Shown piece by piece: positions 1 through 9,221 of a stretch of 20,000 nt of DNA (position 1 is the first letter of the stretch; each line of letters starts with the position of its first letter). The notes under the pieces were generated by a model. It ran no database searches, was not told the origin of the DNA, and saw nothing but the letters and a program-made list of their open reading frames with translations. The stretch is from an uncultured virus (IMG/VR IMGVR_UViG_3300028590_000001) (Duplodnaviria > Heunggongvirae > Uroviricota > Caudoviricetes): IMG/VR virus record IMGVR_UViG_3300028590_000001, one strand, 5' to 3'. The position numbers and the translations under genes are program-made.

Positions 1-1
1 C

Positions 2-160
2 TTCTGGACGGGGTTCGCCTTGTTCATGGCTGGTGTCGTCACCACGTTCTGGCCCGCCAGCGCGCGGATGCGGCACTACGGTCCGTGGGTGCTGCTGGCC
101 GCGATGGTCGTACTGATCGTGTTCCTGGCGGCAGAGGCCATCGGGCGGGTGATCGGGTGA
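2..160 (+). CDS. 3' end of a small membrane protein (partial, starts before the window)
   Basis: Manual translation of frame 2: FWTGFALFMAGVVTTFWPASARMRHYGPWVLLAAMVVLIVFLAAEAIGRVIG*. Two hydrophobic segments; the TGA overlaps the polymerase GTG (GTGA at 157-160). Confidence 0.7.
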   Translation, partial: FWTGFALFMAGVVTTFWPASARMRHYGPWVLLAAMVVLIVFLAAEAIGRVIG

Positions 161-1977
161 CGGCCAGCGTCGCACTGCCCCGGGTGGAGGTCCCGGACGA
201 ATCGGTCTACACCCCGGCGTTCGGGTCCACCTTCCACACCGGAGCGGCGGCACGCGCCGCCGTGGCGGACATGCCCGGCGACATCCCGGTCGCCATCGAC
301 ATCGAGACGCCCAGCGTCACCGACTCGTTCACCATCAAGTGCGTGACGGCCGCGTGGGAAGGGCACGTCGTGCTGCTGGACCCTTCCCGCAACCCTCGAG
401 ACGCCGCCGCCCTGCGGCAGGTGTGCGACAAGGCGCAGTGGCTCATCCTGCACAACGCGCCGTTCGACATCCCCGGTCTGGTGGCCGCCGGGCTGATGAC
501 CCTGGACCATATCGACAAGGTCATGGACACCATGGTCATGGCGCGGCTCGTCTACACCGACACCCTGGACCGCAAGGGTCTGGCTGACCTGGCCGACAAG
601 GTGCTGGGCATCCCGTCGTTGGTGAACGCGCTCAAGATGGCGCAGAAGGCCGCCGGGCTGAACGGCAACGCCAAGTGGTTCCGCGAGGCCGACATCCACA
701 TGCAGACCTACGCCTTCGGTGCGATGGCGGACACGGCCGTCACCCTCGCGCTGGCGCACCCGCTGTTCGAGCTGGCGGTGAACCATCAGCTGCGGCACCC
801 GTTCGGCGTGCACGGCCTGAACACCCGAGAGGAGGCCGTCGACCTGGTCCTGCACAAACAGGCGGTCAACCGCGTGATGCTGCGCCGGGGCGCGCGGGGG
901 CTGGAGGTCAACCTGGAGTACCTGGACAACTACAGCGAGTCGGTGGCCGTGCGCGGCGAGCAGGCACGCCAGCAGGTGCAGGAGTTCGGCTGCCGTCCCG
1001 GCAACGGCGCGGACGTCATCCGCTACCTGGACGCCCAGGGCGCACTGCCGCACAACTGGCCACGTACGCCCAGGGGTGCGCTCAAGTCCGACAAGGACAA
1101 CATGGAGCGGCTCGAGCACCCGTTGGCCGAGGCGCACCGCATGATCGCGCACACCAAGAAGATCGTCGGCTACATGGAGAAGACCGCCGCGCGCTCGCGC
1201 ATCACGGGGCGGCTGCACCCGCAGTACAACATCCTCGGGGCCTCGGCCACGGGTCGCATGTCCGTGAGCGAGCCGGAACTCCAGCAGTTCCCCGGCGACG
1301 CGCGGCCCATCATCCTGGCGGACAAGGGCAGCGCGGGTGTGCACTCCATCGACTGGAGTTCCATCGAGCCCGCGCTGCTGGCCTGGATGGGCAGGGACTG
1401 GGACTTCATCACCCCGTTCGAGGAAGGGGCCGACCTCTACGAGCCCATCATGCGCATGGCGGGTATCGAGCGGAAGCCCGCCAAGGTGGTCCTGCTGGCC
1501 GACATGTACGGACAGGGGAAGCTCAAGCTGGCGGCGTCGCTCAAGACCGACGTCGAACACGCCCTGAGCATCAAGGCCAAGATGCGCGCGGCCATGCCGG
1601 TGGCGGCCCGCTTCATGAACACCATCAAGGCCGTGGCCGACGAGTACGGCATGGCGCTCACGGTGGCGGGCCGGGTGCTGGCCGTCCCGCGTTACAACGG
1701 CGTGGTGGCCAGCCACAAGGCCGTCAACTACACCATCCAGGGCAGCTGCGCCGACATGATCTACGACGCCATCTGGGCCGCTGACCGTGCAGGACTGGGC
1801 GACGCGATCATGATCCCCATGCACGACGAGATCGTCTGTGCGACGGAGGCGGCCGAGGAGATTCAGCGCATCATGCAGACGCCGTCCGCACGGCTCATCC
1901 AACGGGCAGGCGGACGGGTACCGGTGATCAGGACGGACAGCGTGTTGCTTGGTCCGGCGTGGACAGGAGACGCATGA
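157..1977 (+). CDS. polA: Phage family A DNA polymerase (3'-5' exonuclease + polymerase, no 5'-3' exonuclease domain), ~606 aa
   Basis: ExoI DIET, ExoII HNAPFD, ATGRMS..EPELQQFP, motif A DWSSIEP, motif B RKPAKVVLLADMYG, NYTIQGSCAD, motif C MHDEI. Start placed at GTG 157 from the GTGA overlap. Confidence 0.95.
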   Translation: MTASVALPRVEVPDESVYTPAFGSTFHTGAAARAAVADMPGDIPVAIDIETPSVTDSFTIKCVTAAWEGHVVLLDPSRNPRDAAALRQVCDKAQWLILHNAPFDIPGLVAAGLMTLDHIDKVMDTMVMARLVYTDTLDRKGLADLADKVLGIPSLVNALKMAQKAAGLNGNAKWFREADIHMQTYAFGAMADTAVTLALAHPLFELAVNHQLRHPFGVHGLNTREEAVDLVLHKQAVNRVMLRRGARGLEVNLEYLDNYSESVAVRGEQARQQVQEFGCRPGNGADVIRYLDAQGALPHNWPRTPRGALKSDKDNMERLEHPLAEAHRMIAHTKKIVGYMEKTAARSRITGRLHPQYNILGASATGRMSVSEPELQQFPGDARPIILADKGSAGVHSIDWSSIEPALLAWMGRDWDFITPFEEGADLYEPIMRMAGIERKPAKVVLLADMYGQGKLKLAASLKTDVEHALSIKAKMRAAMPVAARFMNTIKAVADEYGMALTVAGRVLAVPRYNGVVASHKAVNYTIQGSCADMIYDAIWAADRAGLGDAIMIPMHDEIVCATEAAEEIQRIMQTPSARLIQRAGGRVPVIRTDSVLLGPAWTGDA

Positions 1978-2309
1978 GCGCAAAGCACGCAGCGGAGCAG
2001 CTGACGGAGGATCAGGTGCGGGCCATCTGGCAACTGCACCAGATCGGGGGCTGGAAGCATCGCCAACTGGCGGCGATGTTCGGGACGAGCATCGGGTCGG
2101 TCAGCAAGATCGTCACCGGCCGCACGTGGCGGCACATCACCGGGGGACACAGCGTCTCCCGGTACGGGGTGGAGAGCGAATACCGGGACGCGCACATCGC
2201 GGCGCGCCTGGCGCAGGGGGTCAGTAGTTATACCCGGATCGGCAGGGAGCTGGGTATTTCGCGGCAGGCCGTGTCACAGCGTGTCCGCCACATGGAGAGG
2301 AGTTCGTAG
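1974..2309 (+). CDS. DNA-binding protein with two HTH-like motifs
   Basis: HRQLAAMFGTSIGSVSKIVTGRTW and SYTRIGRELGISRQAVSQRV; ATGA overlap with polA; AGGAG RBS upstream. Confidence 0.8.
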   Translation: MSAKHAAEQLTEDQVRAIWQLHQIGGWKHRQLAAMFGTSIGSVSKIVTGRTWRHITGGHSVSRYGVESEYRDAHIAARLAQGVSSYTRIGRELGISRQAVSQRVRHMERSS

Positions 2310-4732
2310 TGCTGGGTGGTCTCACCAATATCTCGACGGTGCTGGGGTCCGCACCGGAGCCGACCGCCGAACTGGTCCGGCTCAAGTCCTTCGCACGGGC
2401 GTGCTGTCAGGCAGGGCTGTACCTGATGCTCATCGAGCCGGGCACGAAGTCCCCGGTCGACATGCGCAGCGATCGGCAACGCCGCGAGGAAGACGGCGTG
2501 GCGCAGGATGTGGCCCGCATGGAGGGCCGCGCCAACTGGGATCGGGTGAAGTCCAAGGGCGGGGTGTACCTCGCCACCAACGAGGAAGCCAAGATCACCC
2601 GCTACCTGGATCGGTACCGCAAGGTGTACGGCGCAGAGGCGGCAGTCAACTTCGCCATCGACGTGGGCCGCAGCGGGCTGATCGTCGTCGACTGTGACAC
2701 CCGTGCGCAGGTGGACGCCTTCCTCGAACATGTGGCGCTGGCCAACGGCATCGACCCGGCCGATGCCCCCGACCTTCCGCCCACGGTGAAGACGCCGGGG
2801 CAGCGGGACGTGGACGGGCAGTGGGCGCACAAGGACGGCGGCCACTACTACTTCACGGCGTCCGGCCCGCTGCCGGAGACCAGCGGCAGCGTCACCATGC
2901 CCGGCGGCTGGGTGGTCCTGTGGGCCAACCGGTACGTGCTCATCCCGCCGTCCGTCCGCCCGGAAGGGGCGTACCGGCTGGTCGGGCAGGACTACCCGGC
3001 CCCGGACTGGCTGGAGCAGATCGTCACCGACAAGGCGACCAGCTACATGCAGCGCCGCCTGGACGCCCTGGACAACACCGACCTGTCCGACGCGGTGAAC
3101 CGCTGGGCGGCGGACACCACCTGGGACGACCTGCTGTCCCCGGCGGGCTGGGTGCTCACCGCCCGGCAGGACAACTGCGGCTGCGACATCTGGACCGCGC
3201 CCGGCGACCACGCCAGCCCGAAGTCCGCCACCGCCCACGACACGCAGTGTTCGCTCGGCCGGTACACCCCGGACAACGCGCCGCTGCACATCTGGACGGA
3301 CTACCCCGGCGAGGCGCTCGAGGCGTGGACCGCACAGCGTGGCAAGACCATGAGCCGCCTCCAGGTGGCAGCGGCGCTGGAGTACGGCGGCGACGTGGGC
3401 AAGGCGATGCGCAGCCTGAACGTCATGCCGACCAGTACCGGAGCGCTGGGCTTCGGGGCGGACATCACCCGCGACATGGGCGTCAGTCTGGAGACCCCGC
3501 TGATGTTCGACCCGCAGCCCGACGAGGACGAGGAGGAGCCGGAGGCTGCTGATGCCGACCCTTTCCTGTCGCCCGGCGTAGCCGGGACTGACGCCGAACC
3601 CTCCGCTGCCGCAGCGGCAGAGGCACGCCCGGTCACGGGCGTACCCAACATCCAGCCGTTCGACTACTGGCGGGACTTCCCGCCGCCGGAGTTCGCTATC
3701 GCCGGGCTTCTGGAACACCGGGGCTTCACTTCATTGATCGGTGCACCGGGCGTGGGCAAGTCCGGCGTCGCGCTGGACATGGCCGCCGCGTTGGTCACGG
3801 GCAACCGCTGGATGGGCCGCGAGACCTTGCAGCAGCGGGTCCTCTACCTGCCGGGTGAGGGTCTGTCCGGCGCGGTCCAGCGGATCAAGGCGTGGGAGGC
3901 TGCGCACGACATGGACCTGGGCGGCGAGCTGTTCGTCGGCGACAGCATCATCCAGATCGGGGCGTCGAACGAGGCGTGGGCCGCCGTGGTGGCACGCATG
4001 CTCAAGTTCGACATCGGGCTGCTGATGCTCGACACGTTTGCCCGTGCGTCGGTGGGTATGGAGGAGAACTCTGCCACCGACGTGGGCAAGGCCGTGGCCC
4101 GCTTCGACCAGGTACGCGCCGCCACGGGGGCGGGCCTGATGGTGGTGCACCACACCCGCAAGGACGGCGGCAGCGGTCGCGGCTCCAGTGCCCTCAACGG
4201 CGCGCTGGACACCGAACTCCTCATCCGCGAGGGCGGCTGGTGGGACGACAACGATGGGCCGCCGCCCGGCCGCACGCTGGAAATGCTGGTGACCAAGCAG
4301 AAGAACGCCGAACAGCCCGAGCACGGCATTCCCATGCTGGCCGTCAAGGAGGGCGGGAGCTTCATCATGACGGGCCCCAACGGAATCATCGACGACCCGC
4401 TGGACGGCGTCGTGGCCCCGCGCGCCATCATCCCCGAATCCGTAGTCAGTGTGGCCATCAGGCTCCAGGAGTACGCCCTGCGGTTCACGCAACAGGGCCT
4501 CACCCGCAGCGAGTTCGCCTACGGCGTACCGATGGACGAGTTCACCGCCCGCCGCCGGGATCAGAAGACCGCCTGGAAGATGAAGGTGAACGAGGCCGTT
4601 GACCTGGGGATTCGGTACAACCTGCTCCAGACGCTGACCGGCACTCTCACCGGCGCGCGGTATGTGCCCGGCCTCACGACAGCAGATAGCGCTATGGCGC
4701 TGTGGGCCAAGGAGGGCACCCGCACCGACTGA
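2309..4732 (+). CDS. Bifunctional primase-polymerase N-terminal domain fused to a RepA/AAA_25-type helicase
   Basis: LIVVDCD, TVKTPG, GGHYYF and YVLIPPS prim-pol motifs; central Cys/His cluster (CGCDIW...H...H..C); acidic linker DEDEEE; Walker A GAPGVGKS, Walker B LLMLDT, VVHHTRK and RGSSAL. Confidence 0.92.
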   Translation: MLGGLTNISTVLGSAPEPTAELVRLKSFARACCQAGLYLMLIEPGTKSPVDMRSDRQRREEDGVAQDVARMEGRANWDRVKSKGGVYLATNEEAKITRYLDRYRKVYGAEAAVNFAIDVGRSGLIVVDCDTRAQVDAFLEHVALANGIDPADAPDLPPTVKTPGQRDVDGQWAHKDGGHYYFTASGPLPETSGSVTMPGGWVVLWANRYVLIPPSVRPEGAYRLVGQDYPAPDWLEQIVTDKATSYMQRRLDALDNTDLSDAVNRWAADTTWDDLLSPAGWVLTARQDNCGCDIWTAPGDHASPKSATAHDTQCSLGRYTPDNAPLHIWTDYPGEALEAWTAQRGKTMSRLQVAAALEYGGDVGKAMRSLNVMPTSTGALGFGADITRDMGVSLETPLMFDPQPDEDEEEPEAADADPFLSPGVAGTDAEPSAAAAAEARPVTGVPNIQPFDYWRDFPPPEFAIAGLLEHRGFTSLIGAPGVGKSGVALDMAAALVTGNRWMGRETLQQRVLYLPGEGLSGAVQRIKAWEAAHDMDLGGELFVGDSIIQIGASNEAWAAVVARMLKFDIGLLMLDTFARASVGMEENSATDVGKAVARFDQVRAATGAGLMVVHHTRKDGGSGRGSSALNGALDTELLIREGGWWDDNDGPPPGRTLEMLVTKQKNAEQPEHGIPMLAVKEGGSFIMTGPNGIIDDPLDGVVAPRAIIPESVVSVAIRLQEYALRFTQQGLTRSEFAYGVPMDEFTARRRDQKTAWKMKVNEAVDLGIRYNLLQTLTGTLTGARYVPGLTTADSAMALWAKEGTRTD

Positions 4733-4746
4733 CCTGTACTGATGTG

Positions 4747-4776
4747 TTGCACATAGCACGGTGCCCGTGTTATGTT
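4747..4776 (+). promoter_or_regulatory. SigA-like promoter P1 with palindromic operator CACGGTGCCCGTG (4757-4769)
   Basis: TTGCAC-N18-TATGTT in an intergenic gap; the same architecture recurs five times in the window. Confidence 0.75.
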
Positions 4777-4823
4777 TGCTCCACTCAGTTGCACCACCAA
4801 ACACCACCGAGAGGACCCACCCC

Positions 4824-5696
4824 ATGGAGCACGTACTCCCCGGAGAACTTCTGGAACTCGACTGGCCCATCATCCGCACCGACTTCGTGTCGGTGACGCC
4901 GAAACTGGCGGACAAGTGGCTGGGCAGCCAGACCCGCAACCGCAGCGTCAACCGGCCCGCTGTCCTGGGCTACCGGCGCGACATGCTGGACGGCCGGTGG
5001 ACCTTCACCGGCGAACCGATCCAGTTCGACATCGAAGGCCGCCTGATCAATGGCCAGCACCGGCTGACGGCGCTGTCTCTGCTGGACGGCCAGATCGACA
5101 CCATCACCTTCCTTGTGGTGCGCGGTCTGCCGCCGGAGGCGCAGCTGTCCATGGACCAGGGCCGCCGTCGCAGCTCGGGCCAGCAGCTCCAGCTCACCGG
5201 TTTCAAGAACGCCACTGCCATGTCGTCGGGCATCCGCCTGTACATGCTGTGGAACACCGAGCGACTGTTCACCCGCAAATGGGACGACGCGGTCAACATC
5301 AGCACGGCCAGCATCCTGGCGTTCGCGCAGGCCAACCCGGAGCTGATCGAGCACGCCAACTCCAAGTACGGCGTCATCCGGGATGCCGGACTGCGGCACT
5401 CGTCCGGCATGGCGTTCGTGCTCAAGCTGGGGCTGGACAACGCCGAGACGGTGAATCTGTTCTTCGATGAGCTGCACGCCCTGGTGAACCAGCCGGAGGG
5501 GTCGGCGCTGCTGGCCCTCAACCGTCGGCTGACCCGCGCCCGCCTGGAAGGGCTCAAGCTGTCCGATGTGGATCAGCTGGCCTTCCTGGTGCGCACCTGG
5601 AACCACTGGATCAACGGGACCCGGGCGGGCAAGCTCCAGCGCCCCAAGGGCGGCGAGTGGAACGACGAGAACTTCCCGAAGGTGGAAGGCGTATGA
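4824..5696 (+). CDS. ParB/Srx-superfamily (DGQHR-like) protein, 290 aa
   Basis: VTPKLADKWL...NRSV...DMLDGRW...GEPIQFD..GRLINGQHRLTAL...MDQGRRRS; GAGAGGA RBS upstream of ATG 4824. Confidence 0.75.
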   Translation: MEHVLPGELLELDWPIIRTDFVSVTPKLADKWLGSQTRNRSVNRPAVLGYRRDMLDGRWTFTGEPIQFDIEGRLINGQHRLTALSLLDGQIDTITFLVVRGLPPEAQLSMDQGRRRSSGQQLQLTGFKNATAMSSGIRLYMLWNTERLFTRKWDDAVNISTASILAFAQANPELIEHANSKYGVIRDAGLRHSSGMAFVLKLGLDNAETVNLFFDELHALVNQPEGSALLALNRRLTRARLEGLKLSDVDQLAFLVRTWNHWINGTRAGKLQRPKGGEWNDENFPKVEGV

Positions 5697-5953
5697 GGCG
5701 GCAGGAACCTCTGGAAGTCGAGGTGGCGACACGGCGTGTGGAGCTGGCCGAATGGTCCATCGCGCTGACCGAAGACGAACCGATGGACTTCGACTCCCTG
5801 CGCACGGCAGTGGAGGAGGCGGGCGAGCACCTCAAGGCGATGCAGCGCATCCACGGCGCACAGAACGTGGAGGTCAGCTGGCACACCGGGGCCGCCAACT
5901 ACGGCGAGGACAAGTTGACCATTCGTGTCACCGTCGAGAAGGAGACGAACTGA
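5693..5953 (+). CDS. Hypothetical protein
   Basis: ATGA overlap with the upstream gene, GGAAGG RBS, GC3-rich frame. Confidence 0.75.
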   Translation: MRRQEPLEVEVATRRVELAEWSIALTEDEPMDFDSLRTAVEEAGEHLKAMQRIHGAQNVEVSWHTGAANYGEDKLTIRVTVEKETN

Positions 5954-6159
5954 TGAGGCGCACGCACGGCGGCTACGCCTTCATCTCCGCGCGGTTCGGT
6001 GACGAGGAGTTCGATGAAATCTCCATGAACCTGGGCGACCTGATCGAGTTCGTGGAAGACGCCCGGATGCACGGAGTTCCGTTGAACGCCCGGCTGGTGG
6101 GGTTCCCCCACGTGAACTCCATCCATCAGCTGGCGTTCATCTACCTGCCGGAGAGGTAG
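5953..6159 (+). CDS. Hypothetical protein (MRRTHGGYAF...)
   Basis: TGATG overlap, AAGGAG RBS. Confidence 0.75.
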   Translation: MRRTHGGYAFISARFGDEEFDEISMNLGDLIEFVEDARMHGVPLNARLVGFPHVNSIHQLAFIYLPER

Positions 6160-6185
6160 ACAACGCACGTCATCCGTGCTAAGGT
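6157..6185 (+). promoter_or_regulatory. SigA-like promoter P2 with operator CACGTCATCCGTG (6166-6178), probably giving a leaderless transcript
   Basis: TAGACA-N17-TAAGGT; ATG 6193 lies 7 nt after the -10 box. Confidence 0.7.
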
Positions 6186-6192
6186 GATCACC

Positions 6193-6327
6193 ATGACCAA
6201 CCACCACGAGAACCGCGAACCCACCCCGGAGGAGAAATTCTGGGGCGCGTTCTTCGCAGCCACGATCGGCATGTATCTGCTGGTCATGGTGATCATCCCG
6301 TCCATCCGATTCATGAACGGACTGTGA
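6193..6327 (+). CDS. 44-aa single-pass membrane protein (not in the ORF track)
   Basis: MTNHHENREPTPEEKFWGAFFAATIGMYLLVMVIIPSIRFMNGL*; the stop overlaps the helicase GTG (GTGA). Confidence 0.7.
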   Translation: MTNHHENREPTPEEKFWGAFFAATIGMYLLVMVIIPSIRFMNGL

Positions 6328-7970
6328 GACGCATGAACCGCCAGCTTCGCCCGTACCAGCAGGAGGCCGTGGACGCCGTCCTGACCAACTGGGGCAACGA
6401 GGTCCGCCGGACAGCCGTCGTGCTGCCCACCGGCACGGGCAAGTCCACGGTGATAGCCAGCGTCGCCGCCGAGTCCGCTCGGCTGGGGCTGCGGGTGGTC
6501 ATGCTGGCCCACCGCGCCGAACTGCTCGACCAGATGGCGCAGACCGTGGGGCAGGTCGACACCCTGCTGCCGCCGGTGGGCATCGTCCGGGCCGAGACCG
6601 ATGAGTCCCACGCGCAGATCGTGGCCGCCTCCCTCCAGACGCTCACCAACGACAACCGGCACGCCGCACTCGGTAAGCGGGATGTCGTCCTGTGGGACGA
6701 GGTCCACCACGGTGGGGCCGACAGCTGGCGGCGGGTGCTGGACGACTTCGGTACGCCGTTCTTCTGTGGGTTCACCGCCACCCTGCGCCGTGAAGACGGC
6801 AAGGCCCTGCGCGAGATCATCGACACGGTCGCCTACGAGAAGAACCTGCGGTGGGCCATCGACCAGGGGTACCTGGTGCGGCCCACCGGGCTGACCGTCA
6901 AGATTCCCGACCTGGACCTGGGCAAGGTGAAGACCGTCGCCGGGGACTTCCAGCAAGGGCAGTTGGCCGAGGTGATGGAAGGCGAGACCGACGAGGTGGT
7001 CAAGGCCATCGCGCTGCACTGCCAGCACCGCCGCCCGATCATCTTCGCCGCCAGCGTGCTGGCAGCGAACGATATCGCGGTGGACCTGATGCGCTACGGC
7101 ATCAACGCCGAGGCCGTCACCGGCAGCATGTCCTACGCTGAGCGGCAGCCGGTGTACCAGCGCTACCGCAGCGGCACCACGCAGGCGCTCGTCACGGTGC
7201 AGGTGCTGACCGAAGGCGCGGACTTCCCCATGTGCGACGCCGTCGTGATCGCGCGGCCCACCCAGTCGCAGAACCTGTACAGCCAGATGGTCGGCCGGGC
7301 CCTGCGGCTGTGGGAGACCGTCGACGAGTACGGTCACCCCGTCGAGAAGGAAGACGCGCTGGTGCTCGACCTGGTCGGCACGTCGCGCGTGCTCAAGTTG
7401 GTCACTCTGTCCAGCTTGGACAGCGGGGCCACCGGCCGCATCGTGGACACCGACGGCGAAGACCTTCCGCCGGAGGACTGGGACGAGGCCCCCGAGACGG
7501 GCGGCATCACCCGGGTGGCGTCCAAGCGGCTGGGCCCGCTGGAGACCATCGGCATCGACCTGCTCGGGCCGTCCGAGACGAACATCCTGTGGCTGACCAC
7601 GCCCAAGGGCGCGCCGTTCGTACAGCCGCAGGGCGAGGACTGGTTCGTCTTCCTGTGGGAGGGCGCGCCGGGCATGTTCCGCGCCGGGGTGATGAACCTG
7701 CGCGGCGACAAGAAGGGCGAGTGGCTGGACGGCGGGCGGGAGTGGCCGCTGATCGACGCCAAGGGCATCGCTGAGGACTACATCATCGACGCCGGTCTGG
7801 CGTACCCGCTGCGGACCGCCGCCTGGCGCAAGCACCAGCCGCCGTCCGACGCGCAGCTCCGGTTCGCCCAGAGCCTGAGCATCCCCGATGCCGCCCTGAT
7901 GACGAAGGCGCGGCTCTCCGACGAGATCAGCATGGCGCTGGTCGCCAACCGACTGGACACCGCACGATGA
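6324..7970 (+). CDS. Superfamily 2 DExH-box DNA helicase
   Basis: Q motif LRPYQ, motif I LPTGTGKS, II DEVHH, III TAT, V LTEGAD, VI QMVGRALR. Alternative start ATG 6333. Confidence 0.95.
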   Translation: MRRMNRQLRPYQQEAVDAVLTNWGNEVRRTAVVLPTGTGKSTVIASVAAESARLGLRVVMLAHRAELLDQMAQTVGQVDTLLPPVGIVRAETDESHAQIVAASLQTLTNDNRHAALGKRDVVLWDEVHHGGADSWRRVLDDFGTPFFCGFTATLRREDGKALREIIDTVAYEKNLRWAIDQGYLVRPTGLTVKIPDLDLGKVKTVAGDFQQGQLAEVMEGETDEVVKAIALHCQHRRPIIFAASVLAANDIAVDLMRYGINAEAVTGSMSYAERQPVYQRYRSGTTQALVTVQVLTEGADFPMCDAVVIARPTQSQNLYSQMVGRALRLWETVDEYGHPVEKEDALVLDLVGTSRVLKLVTLSSLDSGATGRIVDTDGEDLPPEDWDEAPETGGITRVASKRLGPLETIGIDLLGPSETNILWLTTPKGAPFVQPQGEDWFVFLWEGAPGMFRAGVMNLRGDKKGEWLDGGREWPLIDAKGIAEDYIIDAGLAYPLRTAAWRKHQPPSDAQLRFAQSLSIPDAALMTKARLSDEISMALVANRLDTAR

Positions 7971-8128
7971 TGAACATGGAGATCGTCCTGGACTGCGGCT
8001 GCGCGGTCACCCTGCGGCAGGAGTGGGAGTACGGCTGCGCCGGTGACTGCCACCCCGGGCAGTACGTCGTGGCTGCCGGGGAGATCACCGCGCCCTGCCT
8101 GCGCCACGACGACGGACCGGAGGACTGA
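7967..8128 (+). CDS. 53-aa Cys-rich hypothetical protein (not in the ORF track)
   Basis: MMNMEIVLDCGCAVTLRQEWEYGCAGDCHPGQYVVAAGEITAPCLRHDDGPED*; ATGA and TGATG overlaps on both sides. Confidence 0.7.
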   Translation: MMNMEIVLDCGCAVTLRQEWEYGCAGDCHPGQYVVAAGEITAPCLRHDDGPED

Positions 8129-8283
8129 TGCGCTACCTGTCCGGCCTGCTCTGCCAGCTGTTCGGGCACCGCGCGTACACCGTCTCGGTGGTGTGCCCGC
8201 ACGACCCCGACCACCCCATTGACGTCCTGGAGCTGTGTCTCCGGTGTGCGCACATCCGCGCACTGGTCGACCTGGTCGACTGA
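8128..8283 (+). CDS. 51-aa DUF1660-like zinc-binding phage protein (not in the ORF track)
   Basis: LLCQLFGH...CLRC pattern; GGAGG RBS and TGATG coupling. Confidence 0.7.
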   Translation: MRYLSGLLCQLFGHRAYTVSVVCPHDPDHPIDVLELCLRCAHIRALVDLVD

Positions 8284-8289
8284 CACTCA

Positions 8290-8307
8290 CACCACCACCA
8301 CCACCAC
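8290..8307 (+). repeat. (CAC)6 tandem repeat in the leader of the 8323 gene
   Basis: caccaccaccaccaccac directly upstream of GAGAAAGAG and ATG 8323. Confidence 0.85.
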
Positions 8308-8322
8308 GAGAAAGAGAAATCC

Positions 8323-8730
8323 ATGGAAGACGCTACGACCGCCGCACTGGACGCCGCAGCTGCGAAGGCCAAGGAAGCCATCGAGAACGGCACCATGACC
8401 CAGCAGCTTCTCGACACTCTGATCGACGAGTTCCAGGAGGGTGTAGACGCTGACGAAATCGCAGAAGAGTTCGACAAGCACCGCGATGCCGTCTGCCGGT
8501 ACCTGGACTTCATCGAGAAGCACCAGACGCTGGAGGCCGTCACCACGCTGCTCGGTCTGGACCCTCCGGGCATCATCTCGCTGATGGGTGCGCTGCTGCG
8601 GTTCTGGGGCGAAATGCTGCGGGACGGGGAAGACGTCACCCTGGGCGACATGGCGCGCCTGACCTACCACTCCATGGAGTGCGGCGGTGCTGACGACTGC
8701 CCGGTCTGCGCCACCGAGGACCCGGCGTGA
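8323..8730 (+). CDS. Acidic helical hypothetical protein with a C-terminal H...C...CPVC motif
   Basis: 135-aa ORF with a purine-rich RBS and GC3-rich frame. Confidence 0.8.
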   Translation: MEDATTAALDAAAAKAKEAIENGTMTQQLLDTLIDEFQEGVDADEIAEEFDKHRDAVCRYLDFIEKHQTLEAVTTLLGLDPPGIISLMGALLRFWGEMLRDGEDVTLGDMARLTYHSMECGGADDCPVCATEDPA

Positions 8731-8804
8731 GCGCCCAGCACCAGCGGGCGCATGCCCGTAGAGGCGGGCGGCACAGGGCCGCTCCCCCGACACAGAGGTA
8801 TCTC

Positions 8805-9218
8805 ATGAAGATTCGCACTCTCGCTGCCGCAGCGGCGGCCCTGGCCGTCATCGGCATGACGTCGGCCTGCGTTCCCAGCGGTGAACCGCTGGCGACGCCG
8901 GTGTCCGGCACGGTGGCGCTGCCCACCTACGGGCCGGGGCCGGTCACCACGCCGGTGAAGAAGACTCGCGACCCGCTGACGGCGGACGGTTCGTTCCGCA
9001 TCGGCACCGCGCCGGGGGAGATTCCGCCCGGCACCTACAACATCGAGCTGACCGGCAGCAGCGGGTACTACGCCCTGTGCTCGGACATCCCGTGCAAGGT
9101 GACCGAGGGCATGCTGTCGAACGACTTCATGCACGGCCCCGGCGTGGTCGAGATTCCGCCGAACGCCGTTCTCATGAAGGACAAGCGCGGCATCATCCTG
9201 ATTCCGACGGAGGGCTGA
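8805..9218 (+). CDS. Putative lipoprotein
   Basis: MKIRTLAAAAAALAVIGMTSAC: basic N-terminus, hydrophobic core, lipobox-like TSA|C; GAGG RBS. An alternative GTG start at 8727 exists. Confidence 0.75.
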   Translation: MKIRTLAAAAAALAVIGMTSACVPSGEPLATPVSGTVALPTYGPGPVTTPVKKTRDPLTADGSFRIGTAPGEIPPGTYNIELTGSSGYYALCSDIPCKVTEGMLSNDFMHGPGVVEIPPNAVLMKDKRGIILIPTEG

Positions 9219-9221
9219 GGC

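Noticed and set aside
76..1983. 635-aa antisense ORF over polA, and similar long antisense ORFs at 2228-3718, 3731-4951, 4785-5732, 6141-7835 and 9543-10673
   Set aside because: Shadow ORFs expected from high-GC3 codon bias; they have no recognisable motifs, while the opposite strand carries clear conserved domains.
4824..5696. DGQHR-like motif as evidence of a Dnd phosphorothioation or Dpd modification system
   Set aside because: No dndA-E, dpdA or que genes in the window; the motif is shared across the ParB/Srx superfamily.
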